The translations under genes were made by a program, and so were the position numbers. Positions 27,749 to 37,033 of a stretch of DNA of 64,000 nt are shown here, in pieces. Under the pieces are notes generated by a model. It was not told the origin of the DNA. It saw only the letters and a list, made by a program, of their open reading frames with translations, and ran no database searches. Source of the stretch: Myxococcota bacterium (lineage in GTDB: Bacteria > Myxococcota_A > UBA9160 > SZUA-336); contig JBBDXF010000029.1 in assembly GCA_040902485.1 (NCBI GenBank), forward strand, positions 244,318 through 308,317, in the 5' to 3' direction. How positions within the stretch are numbered: the first letter of the stretch is position 1; each line of letters opens with the position of its first letter.

Positions 27749-29869
27749 ATGGATGCCATCGAAGATTCTCGGCCGGGGGCGGCTCCGCCCCCGGCCGAAT
27801 TCGCGCCCAGCTTGTTCCTGAATCGAGAGCTGTCGTGGCTCGATTGGAATCGTCGCGTGCTCGCGCTGGCCGAGGATCCCGCGCAGCGCCTGCTCGAGCG
27901 CGTGAAGTACCTGGCGATCGTTTCCGCCAATCTCGACGAGTTCTTCCAGGTGCGCGTGGCCGGTCTGCGCGCGCGCGTCGACGCGGGCATCACGACGCCG
28001 GCGTCGGACGGGCGCACGCCGCGCGAGCAGCTCGCCGAGATCCGCATGCAGGTGCTCGAGCAGCTGCGCGTGCAAGAGGGCGTGCTGCACAAGGAGGTCC
28101 TGCCGGCGCTGGCCGAGCGCGGCATCCGCCTGGTCGCCTGGGCGGAGCTCGACGAGATCGAGCGCGCGCGCCTGCAGCAGGTGTTCGAGGAGCAGATCCT
28201 GCCGGTGCTGACGCCGCAAGCGGTCGATCGCGCGCATCCGTTCCCGTACGTCTCGAACCTGTCGCTGAACCTCGCGGTGGTGGTGCGCGACGCCAGCGCC
28301 GGCGAGAGCCGCTTCGCGCGCGTGAAGGTGCCGGGCCTGCTGCCGCGTTTCTACGCGCTGCCCGATGGCGTGCGCTTCGTGCCGATCGAGCAGGTGATCG
28401 CGGCGCACCTCGACGCGCTGTTCCCGGGCATGGAGATCGTCTCGCACCACCCGTTCCGGCTCACGCTCGACGCGAACCTCGCGCTCGACGAGGACGACGC
28501 CGACGACCTGCTCTCGGCCATCCAGTCCGGCCTGCAGCGGCGGCTGCGCATGAACGACGCCGTGCGGCTCGAGATCGACCGCAGCATGTCCACGCGCGTG
28601 CGCGACCTGCTGATCGCGGAGCTCGAACTCGAGCACGACGAGGTGTACGTGCTCGACGGGCCGCTCGGCCTGAACAGCCTGTGGTCGATCTACGGGCTCG
28701 ACCGCCCCGATCTGAAGGACGATTTGTGGCTGCCGCAGACGCCGCCGCGGCTGCTGTCGAGCGAGGGCGCGCCGGATCTGTTCGCGGTGCAGCGCGAGGG
28801 CGACGTGCTCGTGCACCACCCCTACGACTCGTTCCGCACCTCGGTCGAGGCGTTCCTCACGCAGGCCGCGACCGATCCCGACGTGCTCGCGATCAAGCAC
28901 ACGCTCTACCGCACGTCGGGCCGCGACAACCCCATCGTGCGCGCGCTGATCCGCGCCGCGCAGACCGGCAAGGAGGTCGTCGCGCTGATCGAGCTGAAGG
29001 CGCGCTTCGACGAGGGCTCGAACATCGAGTGGGCGCGGCGCCTGGAGCAGGCCGGCGTGCACGTCGTGTACGGCATCGTCGGGCTGAAGACCCACGCGAA
29101 GATCGCGCTGGTCGTGCGCCGCGAGGGCAACCAGATCCGGCGCTACTGCCACATCGGCACCGGCAACTACAATCCGACCACCGCGGACACCTACGAGGAC
29201 GTCGGTCTGTTGTCGGCGCGGCCGGAGCTCGGCGCCGACATCTCCGAGGTATTCAACTACCTGACCGGCTGCGGCCGGCCGAGCGGCTACCGGCGGCTGC
29301 TGGTCGCGCCCGCCACGCTGCGCGCGCGCCTGCTCGAGGAGATCCGCCGCGAGGCCGAGTCCGGCCAGGGCCGGATCGCGATCAAGGTGAACAACCTGTC
29401 CGACGACGGGATCATCGAGGCGCTGTACGCGGCGTCGCGCGCGGGCACCGAGATCGATCTGGTCGTGCGCAGCATCTGCTGCCTGCGCCCGGGCGTGGTC
29501 GGACTCTCCGACCGGATCCGCGTGCGCTCGACGCTCGGCCGCTTCCTCGAGCACTCGCGCATCTTCCGCTTCGGACATCCCGATCACACGCCGCGCTACT
29601 TCATCGGCTCGGCCGACCTGATGAACCGGAATCTCGATCGGCGCGTCGAAACGCTCGTGCAGATCGACGACCGCGCGCTGCAGCAGCGGCTCGAGGAGAT
29701 CCTGGTCGTGAACCTGGAGCCGAATGCGCTCGCCTGGACGCTCGGTCCCGACGCGGTCTGGCGGCGCGAGGGCCCGACCGGACCGCCGACCTCGCACGAA
29801 CGCTTCCAGGCCCTCGCGCGACAGCGCGCAATCACCGAAGATAAGTCTCTGTTGCGCGCGGCTTCGTAG
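27749..29869 (+). CDS. ppk: polyphosphate kinase 1
   Basis: Full-length PPK1: N-terminal LFLNRELSWLDWNRRVL and the tandem PLD-like HxK motifs (LKTHAKIALVV…). Start taken at MDAIED; 27692 is an alternative. Confidence 0.9.
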   Translation: MDAIEDSRPGAAPPPAEFAPSLFLNRELSWLDWNRRVLALAEDPAQRLLERVKYLAIVSANLDEFFQVRVAGLRARVDAGITTPASDGRTPREQLAEIRMQVLEQLRVQEGVLHKEVLPALAERGIRLVAWAELDEIERARLQQVFEEQILPVLTPQAVDRAHPFPYVSNLSLNLAVVVRDASAGESRFARVKVPGLLPRFYALPDGVRFVPIEQVIAAHLDALFPGMEIVSHHPFRLTLDANLALDEDDADDLLSAIQSGLQRRLRMNDAVRLEIDRSMSTRVRDLLIAELELEHDEVYVLDGPLGLNSLWSIYGLDRPDLKDDLWLPQTPPRLLSSEGAPDLFAVQREGDVLVHHPYDSFRTSVEAFLTQAATDPDVLAIKHTLYRTSGRDNPIVRALIRAAQTGKEVVALIELKARFDEGSNIEWARRLEQAGVHVVYGIVGLKTHAKIALVVRREGNQIRRYCHIGTGNYNPTTADTYEDVGLLSARPELGADISEVFNYLTGCGRPSGYRRLLVAPATLRARLLEEIRREAESGQGRIAIKVNNLSDDGIIEALYAASRAGTEIDLVVRSICCLRPGVVGLSDRIRVRSTLGRFLEHSRIFRFGHPDHTPRYFIGSADLMNRNLDRRVETLVQIDDRALQQRLEEILVVNLEPNALAWTLGPDAVWRREGPTGPPTSHERFQALARQRAITEDKSLLRAAS

Positions 29870-29912
29870 CCCGAGCGCGCGCGCGTCGTCCGCACTACTC
29901 TAGCCACCGAGG

Positions 29913-31376
29913 GTGGGAGTGAAGGTCTATCTGGTTCGCCATGCGAAGGCGCAGCGTCGCCTCGGCTGGGAACATGCCGACGGCATGCGTCCGCTCTCGC
30001 CCGCCGGTCAGGACCAGGCGCTCGGTCTGGTCGAGCGCTTCGACGGGGTTCCGGTCGAGCGCGTGGTCTCGAGCCCGGCGCTGCGCTGCCGTCAGACGGC
30101 CGAGCCGATCGCGGCGCGCTTCGGCCTGGCTGTCGAAGTCGACGCGCGCATCGCCGAGGGGGCGAGCTTCTCCGGCGCGCTGTCGCTCGTGCGCTCGCTC
30201 GACAGCGCGCCCGCGGTGCTGTCGTGTCACGGCGATCTGATTCCGGCGCTGGTCGAGAAGCTCGTACCCGGCGCGCTCGAGATGGAGGGCGGCGCCGGCT
30301 GCCCGAAGGGCTCGACCTGGCTCTTGCAGGACGGCGCCAGCGGACGCGCGCGCGCCTCGTACCTTCCGCCGCCGCGCGCCGGCGCCGCGACGCCCGATCT
30401 CGACACCAAACAGCGTATCGCGATCGTCGACCTCGGCAGCACCTCGTTCACGCTGCTGGTCGCGGACGTCACCGCCGACGGTCACATCGTGCGCGTCTCG
30501 CGCGAGCGCGAGATGCTGCGGCTCGGCTCCGCGCTCGCTCAGGACTCGAAGTTCTCGGACGAGCTGTGCGACAAGGCGGTCGAGGGCGCGCGCAGGCTCG
30601 GCCGGCTCGCGGATCGCGCGGGCGCCCAGGAGCTGGTCGCGGTCGCGACGTCCGCGATGCGGGATGCGAAGAACGGACGCAAGCTCGCCGAGCGCATCAG
30701 CCGCGCAATCGGCAGCGAGGTGCGGATCCTGCCCGGCGAGGAGGAGGCGCGCCTGATCTTCACCGCCTTCCGGCGCCGCGTCGGTCTGGGCGAGGAGAAC
30801 GCGCTCGGCCTCGACCTGGGCGGGGGGAGCCTCGAGCTCGCGGTCGGCAACGCCTCGGGGCTGCGCTTCGAGACCACGCTGCGGCTCGGCGTCACGCGCC
30901 TGCACGGGGAGCTGGTGAGGTCCGACCCCATGACCGCCGGGGAGGTGCGCGCGGTGCGCGCGCGCGTCGAGGACGCGCTCGACCCGATCGCCGGTCGCTT
31001 GCGCGCGCTCGGCGCGGTGCGCTGCATCGGGGCGGGCGGCACCGTGCGCGCGCTCGCGCGGCTCCTGCTCGGCATTCCCGACGATGCGCCCGCCGCGGAT
31101 CTGCGCGGACTGCTGGTCTCGGCGGACGACTTCGACGGGCTGGCCAAGCGCCTGTCGCGCTCGAGCCACGACGAGCGGCTCGAGCTCCCGGGCATCGACG
31201 AGAAGCGCGCGGACCTCTTGCCGACCGGTGCGGTGATCATGTCGAGCCTGCTCTCGCGGCTGTCGCTGCAGGGCCTGATGATCTGCGACTGGGGGCTGCG
31301 CGAGGGCGTGATCCTCGACGCGCTGGCGGCGCGCGCGTTCGAGCAGCCGCGCGGAGGCGTGTTCCAAGCCGGTTGA
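29913..31376 (+). CDS. fusion protein: SixA-like histidine phosphatase domain + Ppx/GppA exopolyphosphatase domain
   Basis: N-terminus VYLVRHAKA…CHGDL (RHG phosphatase family, SixA-like). Residues ~165-487 are a Ppx/GppA ASKHA fold (IAIVDLGSTSFTLLVAD…LGGGSLELAV). GTG start. Confidence 0.75.
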   Translation: MGVKVYLVRHAKAQRRLGWEHADGMRPLSPAGQDQALGLVERFDGVPVERVVSSPALRCRQTAEPIAARFGLAVEVDARIAEGASFSGALSLVRSLDSAPAVLSCHGDLIPALVEKLVPGALEMEGGAGCPKGSTWLLQDGASGRARASYLPPPRAGAATPDLDTKQRIAIVDLGSTSFTLLVADVTADGHIVRVSREREMLRLGSALAQDSKFSDELCDKAVEGARRLGRLADRAGAQELVAVATSAMRDAKNGRKLAERISRAIGSEVRILPGEEEARLIFTAFRRRVGLGEENALGLDLGGGSLELAVGNASGLRFETTLRLGVTRLHGELVRSDPMTAGEVRAVRARVEDALDPIAGRLRALGAVRCIGAGGTVRALARLLLGIPDDAPAADLRGLLVSADDFDGLAKRLSRSSHDERLELPGIDEKRADLLPTGAVIMSSLLSRLSLQGLMICDWGLREGVILDALAARAFEQPRGGVFQAG

Positions 31377-31385
31377 CCGGCGCGT

Positions 31386-31401
31386 TTGGAACACGTTCTA
31401 A
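31386..31401. promoter_or_regulatory. KstR-like operator TTGGAACACGTTCTAA, upstream of the acyl-CoA dehydrogenase alpha/beta pair
   Basis: Same motif as at 11241 and 35745/35791, about 28 nt upstream of the ATG at 31429. Confidence 0.5.
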
Positions 31402-31402
31402 T

Positions 31403-31425
31403 GCGGGTCTTCTCGAGGAGAAGAC
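31403..31425 (+). promoter_or_regulatory. perfect 10-bp-stem hairpin (GGGTCTTCTC-GAG-GAGAAGACCC) enclosing the GAGGAG Shine-Dalgarno of the downstream acyl-CoA dehydrogenase gene
   Basis: Seen directly in the sequence. The stem ends 3 nt before the ATG at 31429. No U-tract follows, so it is unlikely to be a terminator. Confidence 0.4.
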
Positions 31426-31428
31426 CCG

Positions 31429-32607
31429 ATGTACATCGATCTCACGCCCGAGCTCAAGATCCTGCGTGAGCAGCTGCGCGGCTACTTCGCGAAGCTGATG
31501 ACCAAGGAGCTGCAGGCGGAGCTCTCCGCTGGCGGCGAGGGCGGCGGGCCCGAGTACCGCAAGGCCATGAAGACGATGGGCCGCGACGGCTGGCTCGGCA
31601 TCGGCTGGCCCAAGGAGTACGGCGGCCAGGACCGCACGCCGCTCGAGCAGTTCCTGTTCGCGGACGAGGTGCAGCGCGTCGGCTTCCCCCTGCCCTTCCT
31701 GACGCTCGGCACCGTCGGCCCGACGCTGATGGCGTACGGCGACGCCGAGGTGAAGACGGAGATCCTGCCGCGCATCCTCGCTGGCGATCTGCACTTCGCG
31801 ATCGGCTACTCCGAGCCGGGCGCGGGCACGGACCTGGCGTCGCTCACCACCAGCGCGGTGCGCGACGGCGACGAGTGGGTGATCAACGGGCAGAAGACCT
31901 TCACCAGCCTGGCCGACTTCGCAGACTTCATCTGGCTCGCGGCGCGCACGGATCCCGACGCGAAGAAGCACCGCGGGATCTCCATCTTCATCGTGCCGAC
32001 CACCGCGCCGGGCTTCAAGCTGACGCCGATCTGGACGATGGCGGACGTGCGCACGAACGCGACCTACTTCGACAACGTGCGCGTGCCGGCGCGCTACCTG
32101 ATCGGCGGCGAGAACAACGGCTGGGGACTGATCACCAACCAGCTCAACCACGAGCGCGTGTCGCTGTTCCCGATCGGCCCGTTCGAGCGCCTGCAGGCCG
32201 ACGTGCAGCGCTGGGCGAAGGCGACCCTGCTCGCCGACGGGCGGCGCGTGATCGACCAGCCGCACGTGCGCCGCAACCTGGCGAGGTGCCACGCGGGCGC
32301 GGAGGCGTTGAAGCTGATGCTCTGGAAGCAGGCGTGGACGCTCACGCACTCGCGCCTGCACCCGGCCGAGGCGTCGACCGTGAAGGTGTACGCGTCGGAG
32401 TTCTTCGTCGAGGCGTACCGGCTGCTGATGGACGTGTTCGGCGCCATCGGCAAGCTCAAGCCGCGCTCGCCGGGCGCGGTGCTCGCGGGCCGCGTCGAGC
32501 GCAGCTACCGCGCCGCGCTGATCCTGACCTTCGGAGGTGGCACCAACGAAGTCCAGCGCGACATCATCGCGATGGCCGGCCTGCAAATGCCGCACTACAA
32601 GGCCTAG
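31429..32607 (+). CDS. acyl-CoA dehydrogenase family protein (alpha subunit-like)
   Basis: ACAD N-terminal, middle and C-terminal domains (…GISIFIV…, …FGGGTNEVQRDIIA…). Confidence 0.85.
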   Translation: MYIDLTPELKILREQLRGYFAKLMTKELQAELSAGGEGGGPEYRKAMKTMGRDGWLGIGWPKEYGGQDRTPLEQFLFADEVQRVGFPLPFLTLGTVGPTLMAYGDAEVKTEILPRILAGDLHFAIGYSEPGAGTDLASLTTSAVRDGDEWVINGQKTFTSLADFADFIWLAARTDPDAKKHRGISIFIVPTTAPGFKLTPIWTMADVRTNATYFDNVRVPARYLIGGENNGWGLITNQLNHERVSLFPIGPFERLQADVQRWAKATLLADGRRVIDQPHVRRNLARCHAGAEALKLMLWKQAWTLTHSRLHPAEASTVKVYASEFFVEAYRLLMDVFGAIGKLKPRSPGAVLAGRVERSYRAALILTFGGGTNEVQRDIIAMAGLQMPHYKA

Positions 32608-32614
32608 TGTCGAG

Positions 32615-33733
32615 ATGAACTTCGCCTACAGCGACGACCAGAAGGCGCTCTCGGAGCTCGCGCGCAAGATCCTGGCCGACAAGGCCACGCACGAGCGGAT
32701 CGGCGCGATCGAGAAGAGCGAGCACGGATTCGATTCCGAGCTGTGGGCCGAGTTGGCCAGGGCGAACCTGCTCGGCGCGTGCCTGCCCGAGGAGTTCGGC
32801 GGCAGCGGGCTGGGCGTGATCGAGCTGTGCCTGCTGCTCGAGGAGATCGGCCGAGCCGTCGCGCCGGTTCCCTACTGGGCCACGCTCACGCTCGGCGCGC
32901 TGCCGATCGCGGAGTTCGGCAGCGCTGCGCAGAAGGCCGCGTTCCTGCCGGGCGTGAGCGCGGGCGAGCTCGTGCTCTCGGGCGCGTTCGAGGAGGCCGA
33001 CGCCGACGACCCCGCGCGGCCGTCCACGCGCGCGCTGCGCGACGGCACGGCGTGGCGCCTCTCGGGCACGAAGATCTGCGTGCCGGCGGCACAGATCGCC
33101 GCACGCGTGCTGGTGCCGGCGAGCGTCGGCCGCGGGCGCGTCGGTCTGTTCCTGGTCGATCCGAAGGGACCGGGCGTGAAGCTCGAGATGCAGCGCGCGA
33201 CCAGCCGCGAGCCGGTCGCGACGCTCCGGCTCACGCGCGCGCGCGTGAAGGCCGAAGACGTGCTCGGCACGCTCGCACGCGGGAAAGAGATGCTCGCGTG
33301 GATCTGCGAGCGCGCGATCACGGGGCTGTGCGCGATGCAGGTCGGCGTGGCCGATCGCGCGCTGCGCATGACCGCGCTCTACACGAGCGAGCGCAAGCAG
33401 TTCGACCGGCCGATCGGCAGCTTCCAAGCCGTGCACCAGCGCGCGGGCGACGCCTACGTGAACATCGAGGCGATGCGGCTGACCATGCAGCAGGCCGCGT
33501 TCCTGCTCGCCGAGGGCCGGCCGGCCGCGGATGCGGTCTCGGTCGCGAAGGTCTGGGCGGCCGACGGCGGCAACCAGGTGACCTACGCGGCGCAGCACCT
33601 GCACGGCGGCATCGGCATGGACAACGACTACCCGCTGCACCGCTCCTATCTGTGGACGCGGCAGATCGAGCTCACGCTCGGCTCCGCCTCGCGCCACCTC
33701 GAGCGACTCGGCGACGCCATCGCGGAGGCCTGA
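32615..33733 (+). CDS. acyl-CoA dehydrogenase family protein (beta subunit-like, adjacent paralog)
   Basis: ACAD fold (…QFDRPIGSFQAVHQRAGDAYVNIEAMRL…YAAQHLHGGIGMDNDYPLHR). Start 8 nt after the stop of the previous ACAD. Adjacent ACAD pairs suggest a heterotetrameric enzyme. Confidence 0.8.
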   Translation: MNFAYSDDQKALSELARKILADKATHERIGAIEKSEHGFDSELWAELARANLLGACLPEEFGGSGLGVIELCLLLEEIGRAVAPVPYWATLTLGALPIAEFGSAAQKAAFLPGVSAGELVLSGAFEEADADDPARPSTRALRDGTAWRLSGTKICVPAAQIAARVLVPASVGRGRVGLFLVDPKGPGVKLEMQRATSREPVATLRLTRARVKAEDVLGTLARGKEMLAWICERAITGLCAMQVGVADRALRMTALYTSERKQFDRPIGSFQAVHQRAGDAYVNIEAMRLTMQQAAFLLAEGRPAADAVSVAKVWAADGGNQVTYAAQHLHGGIGMDNDYPLHRSYLWTRQIELTLGSASRHLERLGDAIAEA

Positions 33734-33740
33734 CTCTCCG

Positions 33741-34925
33741 TCAGGCCTTGCCGCGCTCCGAGAGCCCGAGCGCGTTCTCGCGCATGATCATGCGCACCTC
33801 CTTTGCCGAGAAGCCCTCGAGCTCGTGCACGAAGGCGGCGGGCTCGGCGATGCCCTCGGCGTGCGGGAAGTCGGAGCCCATGATCATGCGGTCGGCACCC
33901 ACCAGCCCCGCCATGCCGCGCAGGTCCTCTTCCTGGAACGGTGACACCCAGACGTGTCGGCGGAAGGCCTCGACCGGATCCACCGCGTACGCGCGGGGCG
34001 ACTGGCCGTAGCTCTTGGCGAGCTTGCGCAAGAGCTCCCGCACCCAGTCGGAGCCCATCTCGATCGTCGCCATGCGCAGGCCCGGGAAGCGGTCGAAGAC
34101 GCCGTGGCAGATCAGCGCCGCGAAGGTGTCGAAGGGCGCACGGTCGGCGGTGATCAGGCCGCGCAGCGGCGTGCTGACGAAGGCGCGGAAGTCCGCTCCC
34201 TCGCCCCAATCCTCGGCGTAGCGGTTGTAGCCGCTGTCGCCGCCGTGGAAGGCGACCACGACGCCGGCCTCCTGCGCGCGCGCCCAGAACGGGTCGAAGA
34301 GCGGATCGCCGAGCGAGCGGCTGCCGTCGCGTGTGGCCACCGGCGCCGCGCGCAGGCACACCAGCCGCGCGTCGCGCTCGAGCGCCCATTCGAGCTCGGC
34401 CACGGCGTTCCTCACGTCGGCCAGCGTGATCATCGGCGCGCCGTACAGGCGCTCGCGGTAGCTGAAGCCCCAGTCGTCGTGCAGCCACTGGTTGAAGGCG
34501 TGGAACGCCGCGCACAGCGCCTCGGTGTCCGCCTTCAGCGCCTCTTCCATGCCGACGCCGAGCGTCGGGAACAGGAACGCGCGCTCCAGACCCTGCGTGT
34601 CCATCACCCGCAGCCGCTCGTCGCGTTTGCGGTAGGCGGGGTCGATCGGCTCGAGCTCGCCGAACAGCTCGCGCATCGAGAGACCCTGCGGATTGCGGCC
34701 GCGGTAGAACTGGTCGAGGCAGCCGGGCTTCGCGACCGGATCGAAGGTCGGATTCGGGATGAAGCGGTTCAGCTTGCCCGCGACCAGCAGGCTCTTGCGA
34801 CCGTCGACCGTCGCCCACTGCACGGCGCGCTTCGCCATGCGTGGGTCGATGTGACGCGTGAACGCGTCCTCGGCCTCGTAGTAGTGGTTGTCCGCGTCGA
34901 AGATGCCGAAGTCGAGCTGGGCCAT
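33741..34925 (-). CDS. amidohydrolase-2 family protein (metal-dependent hydrolase/hydratase, ACMSD-like)
   Basis: Start at MAQLDFGIFDADNHYYE (the Amidohydro_2 N-terminal DxHxH-type motif), HGGD, and a C-terminal GSDFPH. The upstream part of the 670-aa track ORF is rejected. Confidence 0.7.
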   Translation of the reverse strand: MAQLDFGIFDADNHYYEAEDAFTRHIDPRMAKRAVQWATVDGRKSLLVAGKLNRFIPNPTFDPVAKPGCLDQFYRGRNPQGLSMRELFGELEPIDPAYRKRDERLRVMDTQGLERAFLFPTLGVGMEEALKADTEALCAAFHAFNQWLHDDWGFSYRERLYGAPMITLADVRNAVAELEWALERDARLVCLRAAPVATRDGSRSLGDPLFDPFWARAQEAGVVVAFHGGDSGYNRYAEDWGEGADFRAFVSTPLRGLITADRAPFDTFAALICHGVFDRFPGLRMATIEMGSDWVRELLRKLAKSYGQSPRAYAVDPVEAFRRHVWVSPFQEEDLRGMAGLVGADRMIMGSDFPHAEGIAEPAAFVHELEGFSAKEVRMIMRENALGLSERGKA

Positions 34926-34936
34926 CGCCACTCCCG

Positions 34937-35737
34937 TCAGCGTCCCTTGTACACCGCTTTGCGTTTCTCGGCGAAGGCGCGCGGGCCCTCCTTCGCGTCC
35001 TCGCTGGCGAAGATCGGCCAGCCGAGCTCGAGCTCCTTCTCGAGCGCCTCGCCTTCCGGCATGCTCTGGTCGTACAGGCGCAGCGACTTCAGGATCGCCT
35101 GCACCGAGAGCGGGCCGTTCTCGCACAGCGTCTCCGCGATCTTGCGCGCCTCCGCGAGCGCGCTTCCGGTCGGCACGACGCGGCCGATCAGACCGAAATC
35201 CCTGGCCTCCTGCGCGGTCACGTGGCGCGCGGTGAGCAGGATCTCCGCCGCCAGCGTGTACGGGATCTGCCGGCGCAGGCGGATCGTCGAGCCGCCGAGC
35301 GGGAACAGGCCGCGCTTCGCCTCGGTCACGCCGAACACCGCGGACTCGCCGGCCACGCGGATGTCGGTGCCCTGCAGGATCTCCGTGCCGCCCGCGACCG
35401 CGTAGCCCTCGACCGCAGCGATGATCGGCTTCATTGGCCGGTTGTGGCGCAGCAGCGCCTGCCAGTGCAGGTCGGGCACCTCCTGCATGCGCTTCTGCAT
35501 CTCCTCGTCGGGCTTCTGCTCGCGGCCCATCGTCTTCAGGTCGGCGCCGGCGCAGAACGTGCCGCCCGCCCCGGTCAGGATCGCGCAACGCAGATCTGCG
35601 TCGCGGTCGAGCCGTCGCCAGGCCTCGTACATGCGCCAGAGCATGTCGGGCGAGAGAGCGTTCTTCGCCTCGGGTCGGTTCATGGTCACGACCAGGACGT
35701 GACCCTCCTGCTCGACGATGGCGTGGGGCGAGCTCAT
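34937..35737 (-). CDS. enoyl-CoA hydratase/isomerase (crotonase family)
   Basis: [15 protein letters not shown]…[16 protein letters not shown]…[15 protein letters not shown] is the crotonase signature. Start at [10 protein letters not shown]. Confidence 0.85.
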   Translation of the reverse strand: MSSPHAIVEQEGHVLVVTMNRPEAKNALSPDMLWRMYEAWRRLDRDADLRCAILTGAGGTFCAGADLKTMGREQKPDEEMQKRMQEVPDLHWQALLRHNRPMKPIIAAVEGYAVAGGTEILQGTDIRVAGESAVFGVTEAKRGLFPLGGSTIRLRRQIPYTLAAEILLTARHVTAQEARDFGLIGRVVPTGSALAEARKIAETLCENGPLSVQAILKSLRLYDQSMPEGEALEKELELGWPIFASEDAKEGPRAFAEKRKAVYKGR

Positions 35738-35744
35738 CGCGCGA

Positions 35745-35805
35745 TTGGAACACGTTCCAAACAGGCGCTCAACCGTGTTGCGAGCCCGGATAGAACGTGT
35801 TCTAA
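35745..35805. promoter_or_regulatory. two KstR-like operators (TTGGAACACGTTCCAA at 35745-35760 and TAGAACGTGTTCTAA at 35791-35805) in the divergent enoyl-CoA hydratase / P450 intergenic region
   Basis: The second site matches the mycobacterial KstR consensus TAGAACGTGTTCTA exactly. Both sit between divergent starts at 35737 and 35813. Confidence 0.55.
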
Positions 35806-35812
35806 TCGGCGC

Positions 35813-37024
35813 ATGAAGCTCGAGGACATCGACCTCAACGATCCCGACAACTTCGTGAACGGAACGCCGCACCACTGGTTCAAGGAGCTGCGCGCCAGCG
35901 ACCCCGTGCACTGGCACGAGGAGAAGAACGGGCCCGGCTTCTGGTGCATCACCAAGTACGAGGACGTGAAGACGATCTCGCGCAATCCCATGCTGTTCTC
36001 GTCCTGGATCGGCGGCACGAACATCGAGGATCGCGACGAGGCGGGTCTCGCGGGCCTGCGCATGATCATGCTCAACATGGACCCGCCGCAGCACGTGAAG
36101 TTCCGGCGCATCGTGCAGCGCGGCTTCACGCCGCAGATGGTCGCGAAGCAGGAGACCTACCTGCGCGCGCTGGCCAAGCGCATCGTCGACGCGGTCGCGC
36201 ACCGCGGCGAGTGCGAGTTCGTCGAGGAGCTCGCCGCCGAGCTGCCGCTGCAGGTCATCTGCGAGCTGATGGGCGTGCCGCAAGAGGACCGCAAGCTGAT
36301 CTTCGAGCTCTCCAACAAGCTGATCGGCTTCGACGATCCCGAGTACCGCAACACCGAGGCCGACGCGCGCGACGCGTCGGCGCAGATGTTCGGCTTCGCG
36401 ATGAAGCTCGCGGAGAAGTACCGCAAGGAGCCGGCCGACAACCTGACCACGGCGCTCCTGCTGACGGAGATCGACGGCGAGAAGCTGACGGAGATCGAGT
36501 ACTGCTCGTTCTTCCTGCTCCTGCTCGTGGCCGGAAACGAGACCACGCGCACGGTCACGACCAACGGCATGAAGGCGCTGCTCGACCATCCCGATCAGCT
36601 GCGCCGGCTGGCCATGAATCCCGCGCTGGTGCCGCAGGCCGTCGAGGAGTTCGTGCGCTTCGATCCCGCGGTGCACTACTTCCGGCGCACGGCCACCGAC
36701 GCGACGGAAATCCGCGGGCGCAAGATCGCCAAGGGTCAGAAGGTCGTGATGTGGTACCCGTCGGTGAATCGCGACGAGGAGGTGTTCAGCGACCCCGATC
36801 GCTTCGACGTCGGCCGCGAGAACAACCAGCACCTCGCGTTCGGCATCGGCGAGCACTTCTGTCTGGGCGCGAACCTCGCGCGCCTGGAGCTGGTGGTGAT
36901 CTTCCAGGAGCTGCTGAAGCGCCTCGAGAACCCGCGGCTGGCGGCGCCGCCGCGGCGCCTGCGCTCGAACTTCATCAACGGCGTGAAGGAGATGCGCATC
37001 GAGTTCGAGCCCGAGCGCGGCTGA
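35813..37024 (+). CDS. cytochrome P450, CYP125/CYP142-like (steroid/lipid terminal hydroxylase-like)
   Basis: Heme-binding [17 protein letters not shown], the ExxR motif (EEFVRF), and the I-helix AGNETTR. 403 aa. Confidence 0.85.
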   Translation: MKLEDIDLNDPDNFVNGTPHHWFKELRASDPVHWHEEKNGPGFWCITKYEDVKTISRNPMLFSSWIGGTNIEDRDEAGLAGLRMIMLNMDPPQHVKFRRIVQRGFTPQMVAKQETYLRALAKRIVDAVAHRGECEFVEELAAELPLQVICELMGVPQEDRKLIFELSNKLIGFDDPEYRNTEADARDASAQMFGFAMKLAEKYRKEPADNLTTALLLTEIDGEKLTEIEYCSFFLLLLVAGNETTRTVTTNGMKALLDHPDQLRRLAMNPALVPQAVEEFVRFDPAVHYFRRTATDATEIRGRKIAKGQKVVMWYPSVNRDEEVFSDPDRFDVGRENNQHLAFGIGEHFCLGANLARLELVVIFQELLKRLENPRLAAPPRRLRSNFINGVKEMRIEFEPERG

Positions 37025-37033
37025 GCGCTCGCT

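Noticed and set aside
33646-34818. 390-aa minus-strand ORF overlapping the amidohydrolase
   Set aside because: Out-of-frame Arg-rich translation within the amidohydrolase gene.
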